Part shown: positions 45,469 to 53,142 of the stretch, in pieces
How positions within the stretch are numbered: the first letter of the stretch is position 1
How the letters are laid out: the number at the start of each line of letters is the position of its first letter
Assembly: GCA_001775475.1 (NCBI GenBank)
Contig: MEWW01000016.1
Span: 1 to 60,495 of the forward strand
Reading direction: 5' to 3'
Length of the DNA: 60,495 nucleotides
Origin: Candidatus Adlerbacteria bacterium RIFCSPHIGHO2_12_FULL_53_18
GTDB taxonomy: Bacteria > Patescibacteriota > Minisyncoccia > Phycocordibacterales > SBAW01
Notes under the pieces: model-generated
What the model saw: the letters and a program-made list of their open reading frames with translations, nothing else
What the model was told of the DNA's origin: nothing
Database searches by the model: none
Translations under genes and position numbers: made by a program

Positions 45469-45798
45469 TTAATGTACGCGCGCGCCCGGAGCGCCGTTAC
45501 TTTCAAAAAGTGCGAAAGGAGTCTCGCCATCGCCTCCGGTTGCCATAATCATCGCCTGACTCTCTAAGCCCATCATCATCCTAGGCATCAAGTTCGTCAC
45601 AAACGGACACTTTTTGCCGACAAGTTCCTCGGGGTTTGGGAAATACGCCGCAATGCCAGAGAGCACTTGTCTCTCTTCACTTCCAAAATTAACCTTGAGC
45701 TTCAAGAGCTTGTCGCTCCCCTCTATCTTTTCGGCACTTTTAATTTCGCCGATCCGGATCTCTACTTTTTTAAAGTCGTCGATACTAATTGGTTCCAT
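45469..45798 (-). CDS. stand-alone tRNA-binding domain protein (Trbp111/CsaA-like)
   Basis: FKKVEIRIGEIKSAEKIEGSDKLLKLKVNFGSEERQVLSGIAAYF...ESQAMIMA has the OB-fold pattern found at the MetRS C-terminus. Confidence 0.8.
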   Translation of the reverse strand: MEPISIDDFKKVEIRIGEIKSAEKIEGSDKLLKLKVNFGSEERQVLSGIAAYFPNPEELVGKKCPFVTNLMPRMMMGLESQAMIMATGGDGETPFALFESNGAPGARVH

Positions 45799-46201
45799 GT
45801 TGGCCCATTTTGTCTAAATATCCTTGTAAAATCAACGCGGCAGCAGAAGCGTCGAGGTCTTCCTGCTTTGCCCCCTCTCCTCTTTTATCAAGGCCTTGCC
45901 GCAGCGCCTGCGCGCTGGTCATGAACTCCGGCTCGTACTCAACCGTGAGAGAAGTGAATTCTGCCAAATCTTTCTTAAACTGCTCTATATCCTCCATCAC
46001 AGGGTTTGGCTGGTCTTTAAAGTTGCGCGACTCGCCTATCACGATTTTTTCTATGCGGTTGTCCTTGGCAAGCTGCGCGACCTCAGAAAGCGCCTGTGGC
46101 CCCGCCACAACGGTTGCGAGCGGGAACGCAATCGTCCCTGTTTCGTCCGACTGCGCAACGCCAATGCGCTTCGTACCGTAGTCGATGCCCAAATACTTCA
46201 T
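45785..46201 (-). CDS. ruvX: Holliday-junction resolvase-like nuclease RuvX (YqgF)
   Basis: Sequence MKYLGIDYGTKRIGVAQSD is typical, and the size (138 aa) fits. Confidence 0.88.
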   Translation of the reverse strand: MKYLGIDYGTKRIGVAQSDETGTIAFPLATVVAGPQALSEVAQLAKDNRIEKIVIGESRNFKDQPNPVMEDIEQFKKDLAEFTSLTVEYEPEFMTSAQALRQGLDKRGEGAKQEDLDASAAALILQGYLDKMGQHGTN

Positions 46202-46251
46202 GTAGGTTCAGCATAGCGAACAATCACGAAAAAGTGTATCTTTTGGTGAAT

Positions 46252-46339
46252 GGAGGGGTGCGTGAGCGGTTGAAACGAGCAGTCTTGAAAACTGCCAGGT
46301 CGCAAGGCCTCGTGGGTTCGAATCCCACCCCCTCCGCCA
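46252..46339 (+). tRNA. tRNA-Ser (TGA), type II, CCA encoded
   Basis: GGAGGGG-TG-CGT-GAGCGGTTGAA-ACG-A-GCAGT-CTTGAAA-ACTGC-CAGGTCGCAAGGCCTC-GTGGG-TTCGAAT-CCCAC-CCCCTCC-G-CCA. Confidence 0.93.
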
Positions 46340-46357
46340 GACTGATACAATACCATT

Positions 46358-46672
46358 GTGATAGACACTATAGACTTAGTACACGCAGCTATTATCACTT
46401 TAGTAGCGTTTTTGTTTTACACATTCCTAAAAAAGAAATCTTTTCTTACTGTATTGGAGTATTTCACGTTTGGCATTGCAGGAGCTTTTGTCGGTCTTTT
46501 ATTTGCAATAGGACTTGCGGATGCACCCTACTGGTGTTCCTATACCATTTGCGCGTGGTGGGGCACACTTTCTTCTATCACAGGAACATTAATCCCCGTT
46601 GGAGTTGGAACAATAGGCGCATTGGCATATACTCACTATAGGCAAAAACGCGCAAGCTTAAATAGTGTCTAA
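46358..46672 (+). CDS. small 3-TM membrane protein in a low-GC islet
   Basis: The ORF encodes a 104-aa hydrophobic protein. Two 60-nt lines (46381-46500) count 32% and 38% GC, visibly lower than the flanks. Confidence 0.4.
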   Translation: MIDTIDLVHAAIITLVAFLFYTFLKKKSFLTVLEYFTFGIAGAFVGLLFAIGLADAPYWCSYTICAWWGTLSSITGTLIPVGVGTIGALAYTHYRQKRASLNSV

Positions 46673-47487
46673 TAATCAAACTCGCCGCCTGAGAAGATGC
46701 GCTTGCCTTGCGGAAAGGCATCGATGCGCAACAAATCTGTTTCTTCAATCGTGAAGTCGAGCGACTCGAAATTCTCTTTGATGCGCTCTGGGGTTTTGCT
46801 CCGCGGAATCGCCACCATACCGCGCGAGACAATCCAGTTAAGGATTATCTGCGGTGCTGTCGCGCCGTACTTGTTTGCAAGCTCGACAAGCAGCGGCAGT
46901 TCCAGGTCTGCACCGCGCCCAAGGGGCGCATACGCGGTAATAATGATCCCGTGCTCGGCACAAAACTCGCGCAAATCTTTTTGATTGAAAGCCGGATGTG
47001 TCTCTACTTGGTTAACACTCACCTCAACTCCGGTTTGAAACGTGTCTTCGAGATGGTGCCTGGTAAAGTTGGAGACGCCAATAGCACGAATCTTCCCCGC
47101 ATCTTTCAGCTCCTGCATGGCCTTGAGTGTCTCTCCCACTGGCACCGCGCGGTTGGGCCAGTGAATTAAGAGTAGGTCGATGTAGTCGGTATTGAGTTCC
47201 TCTAAATAACGCTTGGTTGCACTCAGCACATCTTTATACGCATGGTCATCGCCATCGATTTTTGTCGTCAAGAAAATCTCCTCGCGCGGCACGCCGGAAC
47301 TTTTTATCCCTGCGGCAACCGCTTCGTGGTTGCCGTAGCTGTCGGCGGTGTCGAGGAGCCGATAGCCGACCTCAAGCGCGTGTCTAACCGCTTCTGCGCC
47401 AACGTTGCCCGTGAGCCTTGAGGTGCCGAAGCCCATGACCGGCATGGCAACGCCGGCCTTAAGCGCAAAAGTCTTCGTCATACGCAA
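46669..47487 (-). CDS. aldo/keto reductase
   Basis: Motifs MPVMGFGT, GYRLLDTADSYGNHEAV, LLLIHWP and IGVSNF are present. Confidence 0.88.
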   Translation of the reverse strand: MRMTKTFALKAGVAMPVMGFGTSRLTGNVGAEAVRHALEVGYRLLDTADSYGNHEAVAAGIKSSGVPREEIFLTTKIDGDDHAYKDVLSATKRYLEELNTDYIDLLLIHWPNRAVPVGETLKAMQELKDAGKIRAIGVSNFTRHHLEDTFQTGVEVSVNQVETHPAFNQKDLREFCAEHGIIITAYAPLGRGADLELPLLVELANKYGATAPQIILNWIVSRGMVAIPRSKTPERIKENFESLDFTIEETDLLRIDAFPQGKRIFSGGEFDY

Positions 47488-47524
47488 AAGTATATCAAAG
47501 AGGTGGTGTTATACTAAAAGCTAT

Positions 47525-47989
47525 ATGCCGGCAGAGGCTGAGATCTCATGGGTGGTGCGGCGCGCGCATCACGAGCGCAGTAACGACTGGTACTGGGGCC
47601 TGGGAGCCTTGGCGCTTGCAGGAGCACTTGCCTCTATTTTTTTCAGCAACATACTGCTTGCAATCATTATTATAATGAGTGCGGTGTCAGTCGGCGTCTT
47701 GGCATCACGCGAGCCGCGAGAGCACTCAGTCAAGCTCGACCGCCGCGGCATGGTGATAGACGGCACGCGCTACCCCTTTGCTTCCATACACTCATTTTGG
47801 GTCGAGCATGAGACAAGCTCGCCGCGGCTTTTTCTCAGCATGAACGGCATTGTCACCTCGCACTTCTCTTTTGAGCTTGAAGACGAAGCACAAGGCAGCC
47901 GTGTGCGCGAGTTCCTCAAGCAGTTCGCGCTGGAAGAAGAGCAGGGTCCGCACATAGGCGAGCATCTCGCGGAAATTTTCAAACTTTAG
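47525..47989 (+). CDS. two-TM membrane protein, unknown function
   Basis: I moved the start to MPAEAEISW (ATG at 47525) because the longer ORF overlaps the AKR gene start. The gene ends with TAG. Confidence 0.45.
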   Translation: MPAEAEISWVVRRAHHERSNDWYWGLGALALAGALASIFFSNILLAIIIIMSAVSVGVLASREPREHSVKLDRRGMVIDGTRYPFASIHSFWVEHETSSPRLFLSMNGIVTSHFSFELEDEAQGSRVREFLKQFALEEEQGPHIGEHLAEIFKL

Positions 47990-47996
47990 TTTTTTG

Positions 47997-48068
47997 TGCT
48001 TCCGGCAGGAATCGAACCTGCATCACCTCCTTCGGAGGGAGATATTCTATCCATTGAACTACGGAAGC
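47997..48068 (-). tRNA. tRNA-Arg (CCG)
   Basis: The reverse complement reads GCTTCCG-TA-GTTC-AATGGATA-GAAT-A-TCTCC-CTCCGAA-GGAGG-TGAT-GCAGG-TTCGATT-CCTGC-CGGAAGC-A. Confidence 0.9.
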
Positions 48069-48103
48069 TAATGCTTCACTTATAACACTTTTACGTACGT
48101 TTG

Positions 48104-48175
48104 TGCTCCCGCGAGGAATCGAACCTCGATCACGAACTCCGCAAGCTCGCATTCTATCCGTTGAACTACGGGAGC
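48104..48175 (-). tRNA. tRNA-Arg (GCG)
   Basis: The reverse complement reads GCTCCCG-TA-GTTC-AACGGATA-GAAT-G-CGAGC-TTGCGGA-GTTCG-TGAT-CGAGG-TTCGATT-CCTCG-CGGGAGC-A. Confidence 0.88.
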
Positions 48176-48184
48176 GTAGAAAGA

Positions 48185-48427
48185 TTATACCTTGAGCGCC
48201 TTCGACACCTTCGCTTTGCGGCGGGCAGCGGTATTTTTAGTCATGAGTCCGCGTTTTGCGGCTTTGTCTATAGCCTTGTACGCGGCTGCGAGCGCAGCCT
48301 TGTCGCCTTTCTTCGCCATGCGCACTGTCTTAAGCGCCCCCCGAAGCGCATCTCTGCGCACGTCGTTGAGGACCTTCCGGCGGAGGCTTTGACGGTGAGC
48401 TTTCTTGGCGGACTTCGTTATTGCCAT
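48185..48427 (-). CDS. rpsT: 30S ribosomal protein S20
   Basis: I moved the start to MAITKSAKKAHRQSLRRKVLN. The sequence also contains AIDKAAKRGLMTKNTAARRKAK. Confidence 0.88.
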   Translation of the reverse strand: MAITKSAKKAHRQSLRRKVLNDVRRDALRGALKTVRMAKKGDKAALAAAYKAIDKAAKRGLMTKNTAARRKAKVSKALKV

Positions 48428-48434
48428 GCGCGAG

Positions 48435-48440
48435 ATAGTA
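48435..48440 (-). promoter_or_regulatory. -10-like hexamer TACTAT, 7 nt before rpsT ATG
   Basis: Minus strand reads TACTAT-ctcgcgc-ATG. Confidence 0.4.
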
Positions 48441-48508
48441 ACGCAAAAATGCACGGAGCGCAACGCCTACCTACCGCCAGGCAGGTGGCGTCTTTGCCCC
48501 GCTCCCTC

Positions 48509-48514
48509 TATGAT
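48509..48514 (+). promoter_or_regulatory. -10-like hexamer TATGAT, 7 nt before ruvA ATG
   Basis: Plus strand reads TATGAT-tagcagc-ATG (ATG at 48522). Confidence 0.4.
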
Positions 48515-48521
48515 TAGCAGC

Positions 48522-49112
48522 ATGATAGGAAGGCTCGAGGGGGCGTGCGCAGGAACAACGCCGGAAGGCTCCGCGATTATCGACGTCGGGGGCGTGGGTT
48601 ACGCGGTGCATGTGACCGCACCGACCTTGGCGCGCCTTATCGACGGCAAAGCAGGCCGGGCTTCTCTCTTCATACATACTGCCGTTAGAGAAGACGCAAT
48701 AGATCTCTATGGGTTCGAGACCGGCGAGGAGCTTATGTTTTTTAAACAGCTGACCAGCGTCTCGGGCATCGGTCCAAAGTCGGCACTTGGGATACTTAAC
48801 CTCAACGAGGTTTCGCACCTAAAGCGCACCATCATGCAGGGCGATGCAACTGCTCTTATGCGTGTACACGGCATCGGCAAAAAGAGCGCGGAGCGTATAG
48901 TGGTTGAGCTCCGCGACAAAGTGGCGGGCGGGCGCGGTGCCATGGGCGGCGCGCAGGGAGTAGACGTCGAGGTGGTTGATGCGCTTTTGGCGCTTGGCTA
49001 CCGAGCAGAGGAGGCCCGGGCCGCACTTAAAGAAATAGGCCAGGACGATGCGGGTGTCTCCGAGCGCGTTGCCGCAGTGCTGAAGTATCTGGGCTCAGAG
49101 CGGTCGCGCTAA
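48522..49112 (+). CDS. ruvA: Holliday junction DNA helicase subunit RuvA
   Basis: Sequences MIGRLEG...DVGGVGYAVHV...FKQLTSVSGIGPKSALGIL...VHGIGKKSAERI contain the HhH motifs. Confidence 0.88.
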   Translation: MIGRLEGACAGTTPEGSAIIDVGGVGYAVHVTAPTLARLIDGKAGRASLFIHTAVREDAIDLYGFETGEELMFFKQLTSVSGIGPKSALGILNLNEVSHLKRTIMQGDATALMRVHGIGKKSAERIVVELRDKVAGGRGAMGGAQGVDVEVVDALLALGYRAEEARAALKEIGQDDAGVSERVAAVLKYLGSERSR

Positions 49113-49115
49113 CGT

Positions 49116-50375
49116 ATGAAAGAGCTGGTCAAAAAATTCATCCCGCAGAACATTCTCGACCTCTACCACCGCGCATGGGCGCAGATAGGCGCTCTTGTCT
49201 ACCTCTACCCTTCCCGTCAGCTCTTTGTTGTTGGCGTCACCGGCACCAAGGGCAAGTCAACTACCGTAGAGCTTATCCGCTCGATGTTTGAGGAGGCGGG
49301 GTTTAAAGTGGCGGCAGCAAGCACCATCCGCTTTACCATCGGCGGCGAGAGCGAGCGCAACCTCTTTAAGATGACTATGCCGGGGCGCTTCTACCTCCAG
49401 CAGTTTTTGCGTAAGGCGGTCAGGGCAGAGTGTACGCACGCAGTTGTGGAGATGACCTCGGAGGGCGCGCGGCAGTTCCGGCACCACGGGATTGAGCTTG
49501 ATGCTCTAGTATTTACCAACCTCCAGCCCGAGCACTTGGAGAGCCATGGCGGCATGGAGGCCTATGCCGCGGCCAAGTTCTCTCTTGCAAAACACTTGGA
49601 AGAGTCTGCGAAACGCCCGCGCTACATAGTTGCCAACACAGACGACCCGTACGGCAAAAAGTTTTTAGAGGTGGGCGTCGAGCACAAGGTGCCCTTCTCT
49701 CTTAAAGACGCGGAGCCCTACAACACCGACGACAAGAGCGTGCGGTTTGTATTTAAAGGGAATGAACTGTTTACCGTGCCCTTGCCGGGCGTCTTTAACA
49801 TCAAAAATATGCTAGCGGCACTTGCGCTCGGCGAGGCGGTCGGACTGAAGCTCGCCGTGATGAAGCGCGCGCTTGAGCACCACGGGCCCATTGAAGGCCG
49901 CGCCGAGCGCGTGGAGAAGGGTCAGCCGTTTACGGTCGTCGTCGACTACGCGCACACGCCGGACTCGCTTCAAAGCCTCTATCACGCATACCGCAGCAAG
50001 CGCATCATCGGAGTTTTGGGCTCAACCGGCGGCGGCCGCGACAAATGGAAGCGCCCGCTCATGGGAAAAATTGCCGACGAACACTGCGAGACGGCCTTTT
50101 TGACAAACGAAGACCCGTACGACGAAGACCCGCAGGCGATTATTGCCGACCTCTCGCGGGGCTTTATCAAGAAAAAACCGCACGTCATACTCGACCGCCG
50201 TGCAGCCATCCGCGAAGCCTTGCGCGAAGCAAAGCCGGGCGACGCAGTGTTGATAACCGGCAAGGGCACCGACCCCTACATCATGGGCCCGCAAGGGAGC
50301 AAGGAAGAGTGGAGCGATAAAAAGGTTGCTGAGGAAGAGCTGGCAAAGTTGGGCTACGAGCTTGCGAGTAAATGA
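49116..50375 (+). CDS. murE: Mur ligase, MurE-like (short N-terminus)
   Basis: Motifs GVTGTKGKSTT, VVDYAHTPDSL, GGGRDKWKRPLMG and TNEDPYDEDP are present. The protein is 419 aa. Confidence 0.8.
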   Translation: MKELVKKFIPQNILDLYHRAWAQIGALVYLYPSRQLFVVGVTGTKGKSTTVELIRSMFEEAGFKVAAASTIRFTIGGESERNLFKMTMPGRFYLQQFLRKAVRAECTHAVVEMTSEGARQFRHHGIELDALVFTNLQPEHLESHGGMEAYAAAKFSLAKHLEESAKRPRYIVANTDDPYGKKFLEVGVEHKVPFSLKDAEPYNTDDKSVRFVFKGNELFTVPLPGVFNIKNMLAALALGEAVGLKLAVMKRALEHHGPIEGRAERVEKGQPFTVVVDYAHTPDSLQSLYHAYRSKRIIGVLGSTGGGRDKWKRPLMGKIADEHCETAFLTNEDPYDEDPQAIIADLSRGFIKKKPHVILDRRAAIREALREAKPGDAVLITGKGTDPYIMGPQGSKEEWSDKKVAEEELAKLGYELASK

Positions 50376-50387
50376 TAGTATTAACAT

Positions 50388-50597
50388 ATGCCTCCTAAGA
50401 AAGAAGAAGGTAGTCCGTACGAGATACTGTGGTTTGTCCTCGGAGGGCTGGCTGTTTTGATAGCGCTTTGGTGGGTGCAGGGCGGGCCGGAAAAAGCAGA
50501 CCTGCGTGGCATATTCCTCGCCCCGCCGCCGCCCATAGGCTCCGGCGACGCATACGGCCCGCAGATAGGAACTACTACTAACGAATTTAACTACTAA
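50388..50597 (+). CDS. small single-TM protein
   Basis: The 69-aa product has a TM helix ILWFVLGGLAVLIALWWV. Confidence 0.35.
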   Translation: MPPKKEEGSPYEILWFVLGGLAVLIALWWVQGGPEKADLRGIFLAPPPPIGSGDAYGPQIGTTTNEFNY

Positions 50598-50600
50598 CCT

Positions 50601-50999
50601 ATGCTTAATCCATTTCCAGATTTGCTCGTACTCGGCTTTTTTGCCCCCACTATCGTGCGGGTGACTGTTGGCACTCTTTTTATCTACGCCGGCTACATAC
50701 ACTGGCAAAAGCGTGAAAGTATTGGCAACATTATCTTCCCCATTATCGGCAAGGGCGATTGGATTGCGTGGGGCTCAATCCTCTTCCACACTGCAGTAGG
50801 TGTTATGCTTGTTTTCGGCTACTACACGCAGATTGCAGCGCTCTTGGGCGGCATCGGCGCGTTTAAAGGGCTCTGGTTTGCACACCGCTACCGCGAGGTC
50901 TTCGTGTATACGCGCTCAACGTACATTCTCCTTGCGGCAATCTGCGCATCACTTCTGCTCTCAGGCGCTGGTGCGTTTGCATTTGATTTACCTTTGTAG
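50601..50999 (+). CDS. DoxX-family membrane protein
   Basis: The protein has 4 TM helices and ends LLLSGAGAFAFDLPL, which is typical of DoxX. Confidence 0.6.
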   Translation: MLNPFPDLLVLGFFAPTIVRVTVGTLFIYAGYIHWQKRESIGNIIFPIIGKGDWIAWGSILFHTAVGVMLVFGYYTQIAALLGGIGAFKGLWFAHRYREVFVYTRSTYILLAAICASLLLSGAGAFAFDLPL

Positions 51000-51470
51000 T
51001 TGAGTGAGCGAGTGATACTCGTTTTACACAACATACGGAGCGTGTATAACGTTGGTTCTATCTTTAGAACCGCGGATGCGGCTGGTGTAGAAAAGGTCTA
51101 TCTCTGCGGCTACACGCCTGCACCACTCGACCGCTTTGGTGCGCCGCGAAAAGATTTGGCCAAGGTTGCTTTGGGCGCAGAAAAAACGATTCCCTGGGTG
51201 CAGGTAAAAACGCTTGCATCTGCAATTAAGCAGCTTAAAAAAGAAAACTATTTAGTTGCAGCAGTGGAACAAGATAAAAACTCGACTCCCTTGTTTAGCT
51301 ATAAACCACCAAAGAAACTTGCACTTGTCTTAGGTAACGAAGTGCGTGGGCTCTCTAAAAGCTCCCTCAAACTCTGCGATGTAGTTTTAGAAATCCCCAT
51401 GCGAGGGCATAAAGAGTCGCTCAATGTATCGGTCGCCGCCGGGATTGCAATGTTTGCGTTGAACGCATAA
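51000..51470 (+). CDS. SpoU/TrmH-family RNA 2'-O-methyltransferase
   Basis: Motifs NVGSIFRTADAAGV, LVLGNEVRGLS and IPMRGHKESLNVSVAAGIAMF are present. The TTG start immediately follows the DoxX stop. Confidence 0.8.
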   Translation: MSERVILVLHNIRSVYNVGSIFRTADAAGVEKVYLCGYTPAPLDRFGAPRKDLAKVALGAEKTIPWVQVKTLASAIKQLKKENYLVAAVEQDKNSTPLFSYKPPKKLALVLGNEVRGLSKSSLKLCDVVLEIPMRGHKESLNVSVAAGIAMFALNA

Positions 51471-51471
51471 G

Positions 51472-51499
51472 AAAAAACCGCCCTTGCGAGCGGTTTTTT
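51472..51499. terminator. bidirectional rho-independent terminator between convergent genes
   Basis: AAAAAACCGC-ccttgcga-GCGGTTTTTT. Confidence 0.75.
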
Positions 51500-51519
51500 C
51501 TTAACGTAACCGGCGTGTA

Positions 51520-51717
51520 TTACGCGCGGGTTACATTGACTGCACTCAACCCCTTTTCGCCCTCCTGAACCTCGAAGGAGACTGCGTCACCTTGCTTAAG
51601 TTCGTCGAAGGTAACGCCATTGAGGTCTTTGGAGTGGAAGAAGAGATCCTTCGCCTCGCCTTCGCGAGAGATGAATCCGAATCCCCTATCCGTAAGAGTC
51701 TTTATTGTTCCTGTCAT
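51520..51717 (-). CDS. cold-shock protein (CspA family)
   Basis: I moved the start to MTGTIKTLTDRGFGFISREGEAKDLFFH, which contains the RNP1/RNP2 motifs. Confidence 0.9.
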   Translation of the reverse strand: MTGTIKTLTDRGFGFISREGEAKDLFFHSKDLNGVTFDELKQGDAVSFEVQEGEKGLSAVNVTRA

Positions 51718-51908
51718 ACTTCTTTTAGTTGTGTCTTTGTTGAGAAACCGACCCCCTTGCTTTATCTCTATAGACCCTCCTAGCATAACACACAATACCC
51801 TGGTTGGATACGGGCTTAGTTATCCTTAGTGGAGTGCCTGTTTGGTTGACACACCGTAAATAAAATTACAGAATCCCCCTGTTCCTCAAGATCGAAAGGG
51901 TTCCTAGG

Positions 51909-52139
51909 ATGCAGAGAGCGGTCAGAGACTTGGGTGTGGTTGTTTTTCCACTCCTCGGTATCATAGCGGCCTGCCCGCTCATGATCAGCGCGGGGGTCCA
52001 ACTGAAGGTTGTGGACGCATTCTCGACCATCGGCACGGCAACGGTTCTCGGCGTCGGCTTCGCTGTCGCCCTGGGGCGACTCCGCCGCCTATGGCCCGAC
52101 CAGACGTGGAATGAGCGCTTCAAGAACATCTTCAGCTGA
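51909..52139 (+). CDS. candidate small two-TM protein (76 aa)
   Basis: The ORF is codon-like and GC3-rich. It is preceded by TTGACA-17-CAGAAT (51846-51874) and followed by its own terminator. Confidence 0.45.
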   Translation: MQRAVRDLGVVVFPLLGIIAACPLMISAGVQLKVVDAFSTIGTATVLGVGFAVALGRLRRLWPDQTWNERFKNIFS

Positions 52140-52164
52140 CCGCATTGCGGTGGCACGATCCCGG

Positions 52165-52193
52165 GGCCGTCCGAAAGGGCGGCCTCTTTTCTT
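52165..52193 (+). terminator. rho-independent terminator after 51909..52139
   Basis: GGCCGTCC-gaaa-GGGCGGCC (one G-U pair) is followed by TCTTTTCTT. Confidence 0.6.
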
Positions 52194-52229
52194 GCGCAGA
52201 AAACGCTTTAAGAATTAGGCATATTTTGT

Positions 52230-52235
52230 TATAGT
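52230..52235 (+). promoter_or_regulatory. -10-like hexamer TATAGT, 8 nt before tRNA-Lys position 1
   Basis: Plus strand reads TATAGT-gctgtcaa-CCGCCCA. Confidence 0.45.
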
Positions 52236-52243
52236 GCTGTCAA

Positions 52244-52316
52244 CCGCCCATAGCTCAGTCGGTAGAGCGGCTCCCTTTTAAGGAGAAGGTCCCAGGTTCG
52301 AATCCTGGTGGGCGGA
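52244..52316 (+). tRNA. tRNA-Lys (TTT), C1:G72 acceptor end
   Basis: CCGCCCA-TA-GCTC-AGTCGGTA-GAGC-G-GCTCC-CTTTTAA-GGAGA-AGGTC-CCAGG-TTCGAAT-CCTGG-TGGGCGG-A. Confidence 0.88.
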
Positions 52317-52361
52317 CAAGTACAAAAGAACTTTGTGGGACAAAGTTTTTTGACTTGTCCG
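52313..52361 (+). terminator. nested hairpin overlapping the tRNA-Lys 3' end
   Basis: The outer inverted repeat is CGGACAAGT (52313-52321) with ACTTGTCCG (52353-52361). The inner hairpin is AACTTTGT-ggg-ACAAAGTT followed by TTTTT. Confidence 0.5.
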
Positions 52362-52501
52362 AGCCGCAGGCGCGACGGCGCCGAGGCGGGCTCGCGCAAA
52401 AACTCAGCAGAGTTTTATGCGTGAGGACAAATTTTACTTATTCCGCTAGAGTTTTATAAAGAAAATCCGCCCGGCACAGGTCGTGTCGAGCGGATAGCGG
52501 T

Positions 52502-53074
52502 TCAGGAAATTGCTGAGCTTGGTTCTTCTGGAGGGTCCTCGAACTCGATGTATTCGCATTGGTTGTCCCACCACTCCTCCAACAGCTCCTTCAGGAATCC
52601 TGCAAGCTGGTAGAAGAAATAGCAGACGACAATAGCCGCAATCGCTGCTACTGGATACATTCCATAGGTCAGTGCGTACGAAGTTGCCGTCCGCAGCGGA
52701 CCAATGTACCAACTCCACCCGCCCCACAGAACAGCTACCGCCCAAAACGGAACTAGAAAAATGGGGGGCCAAATTCTTTTCTTGCCGAGACGCAAGTCCG
52801 GAAAGTAGCCGAACTTATCGGGCCAGTTGTTCCACGGCATCCAGATACCGAATCCGCAGAGAATTGTCACCGCGTTACCGAACATGGCGCCGATACCAAC
52901 GAACACAACAAGAAGTAGCGCCCCGAGAATCGTTGGAGCGGTCATGAAGATGATTCTTGGCCAGTAATGACAGGTGTAGGTATTTCGAGGCTTCGGAATC
53001 TGAGAGAAAATATAGGTCAGATTCCACAGCCAATAATGCCATGTGTCTGTGCGAATGCGCTTGGTCATTGCCAT
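52502..53074 (-). CDS. Trp-rich polytopic membrane protein, unknown function
   Basis: The protein is 190 aa with 14 Trp, 4 TM helices and an acidic C-terminus (EEWWDNQCEYIEFEDPPEE). I recognise no family. Confidence 0.45.
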   Translation of the reverse strand: MAMTKRIRTDTWHYWLWNLTYIFSQIPKPRNTYTCHYWPRIIFMTAPTILGALLLVVFVGIGAMFGNAVTILCGFGIWMPWNNWPDKFGYFPDLRLGKKRIWPPIFLVPFWAVAVLWGGWSWYIGPLRTATSYALTYGMYPVAAIAAIVVCYFFYQLAGFLKELLEEWWDNQCEYIEFEDPPEEPSSAIS

Positions 53075-53142
53075 CTCCCTGCGCAGGTTAAAAAGAGCGA
53101 TTACTCCTCCGCCAGTAAATACAGAAAGCTTTGTTGTGTCAA

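Noticed and set aside
52317-53142. Integrated mobile element at tRNA-Lys
   Set aside because: There is no integrase or recombinase. I found no direct repeat of the tRNA 3' end downstream. Only one small cargo gene is present, and its GC content is only mildly lower.
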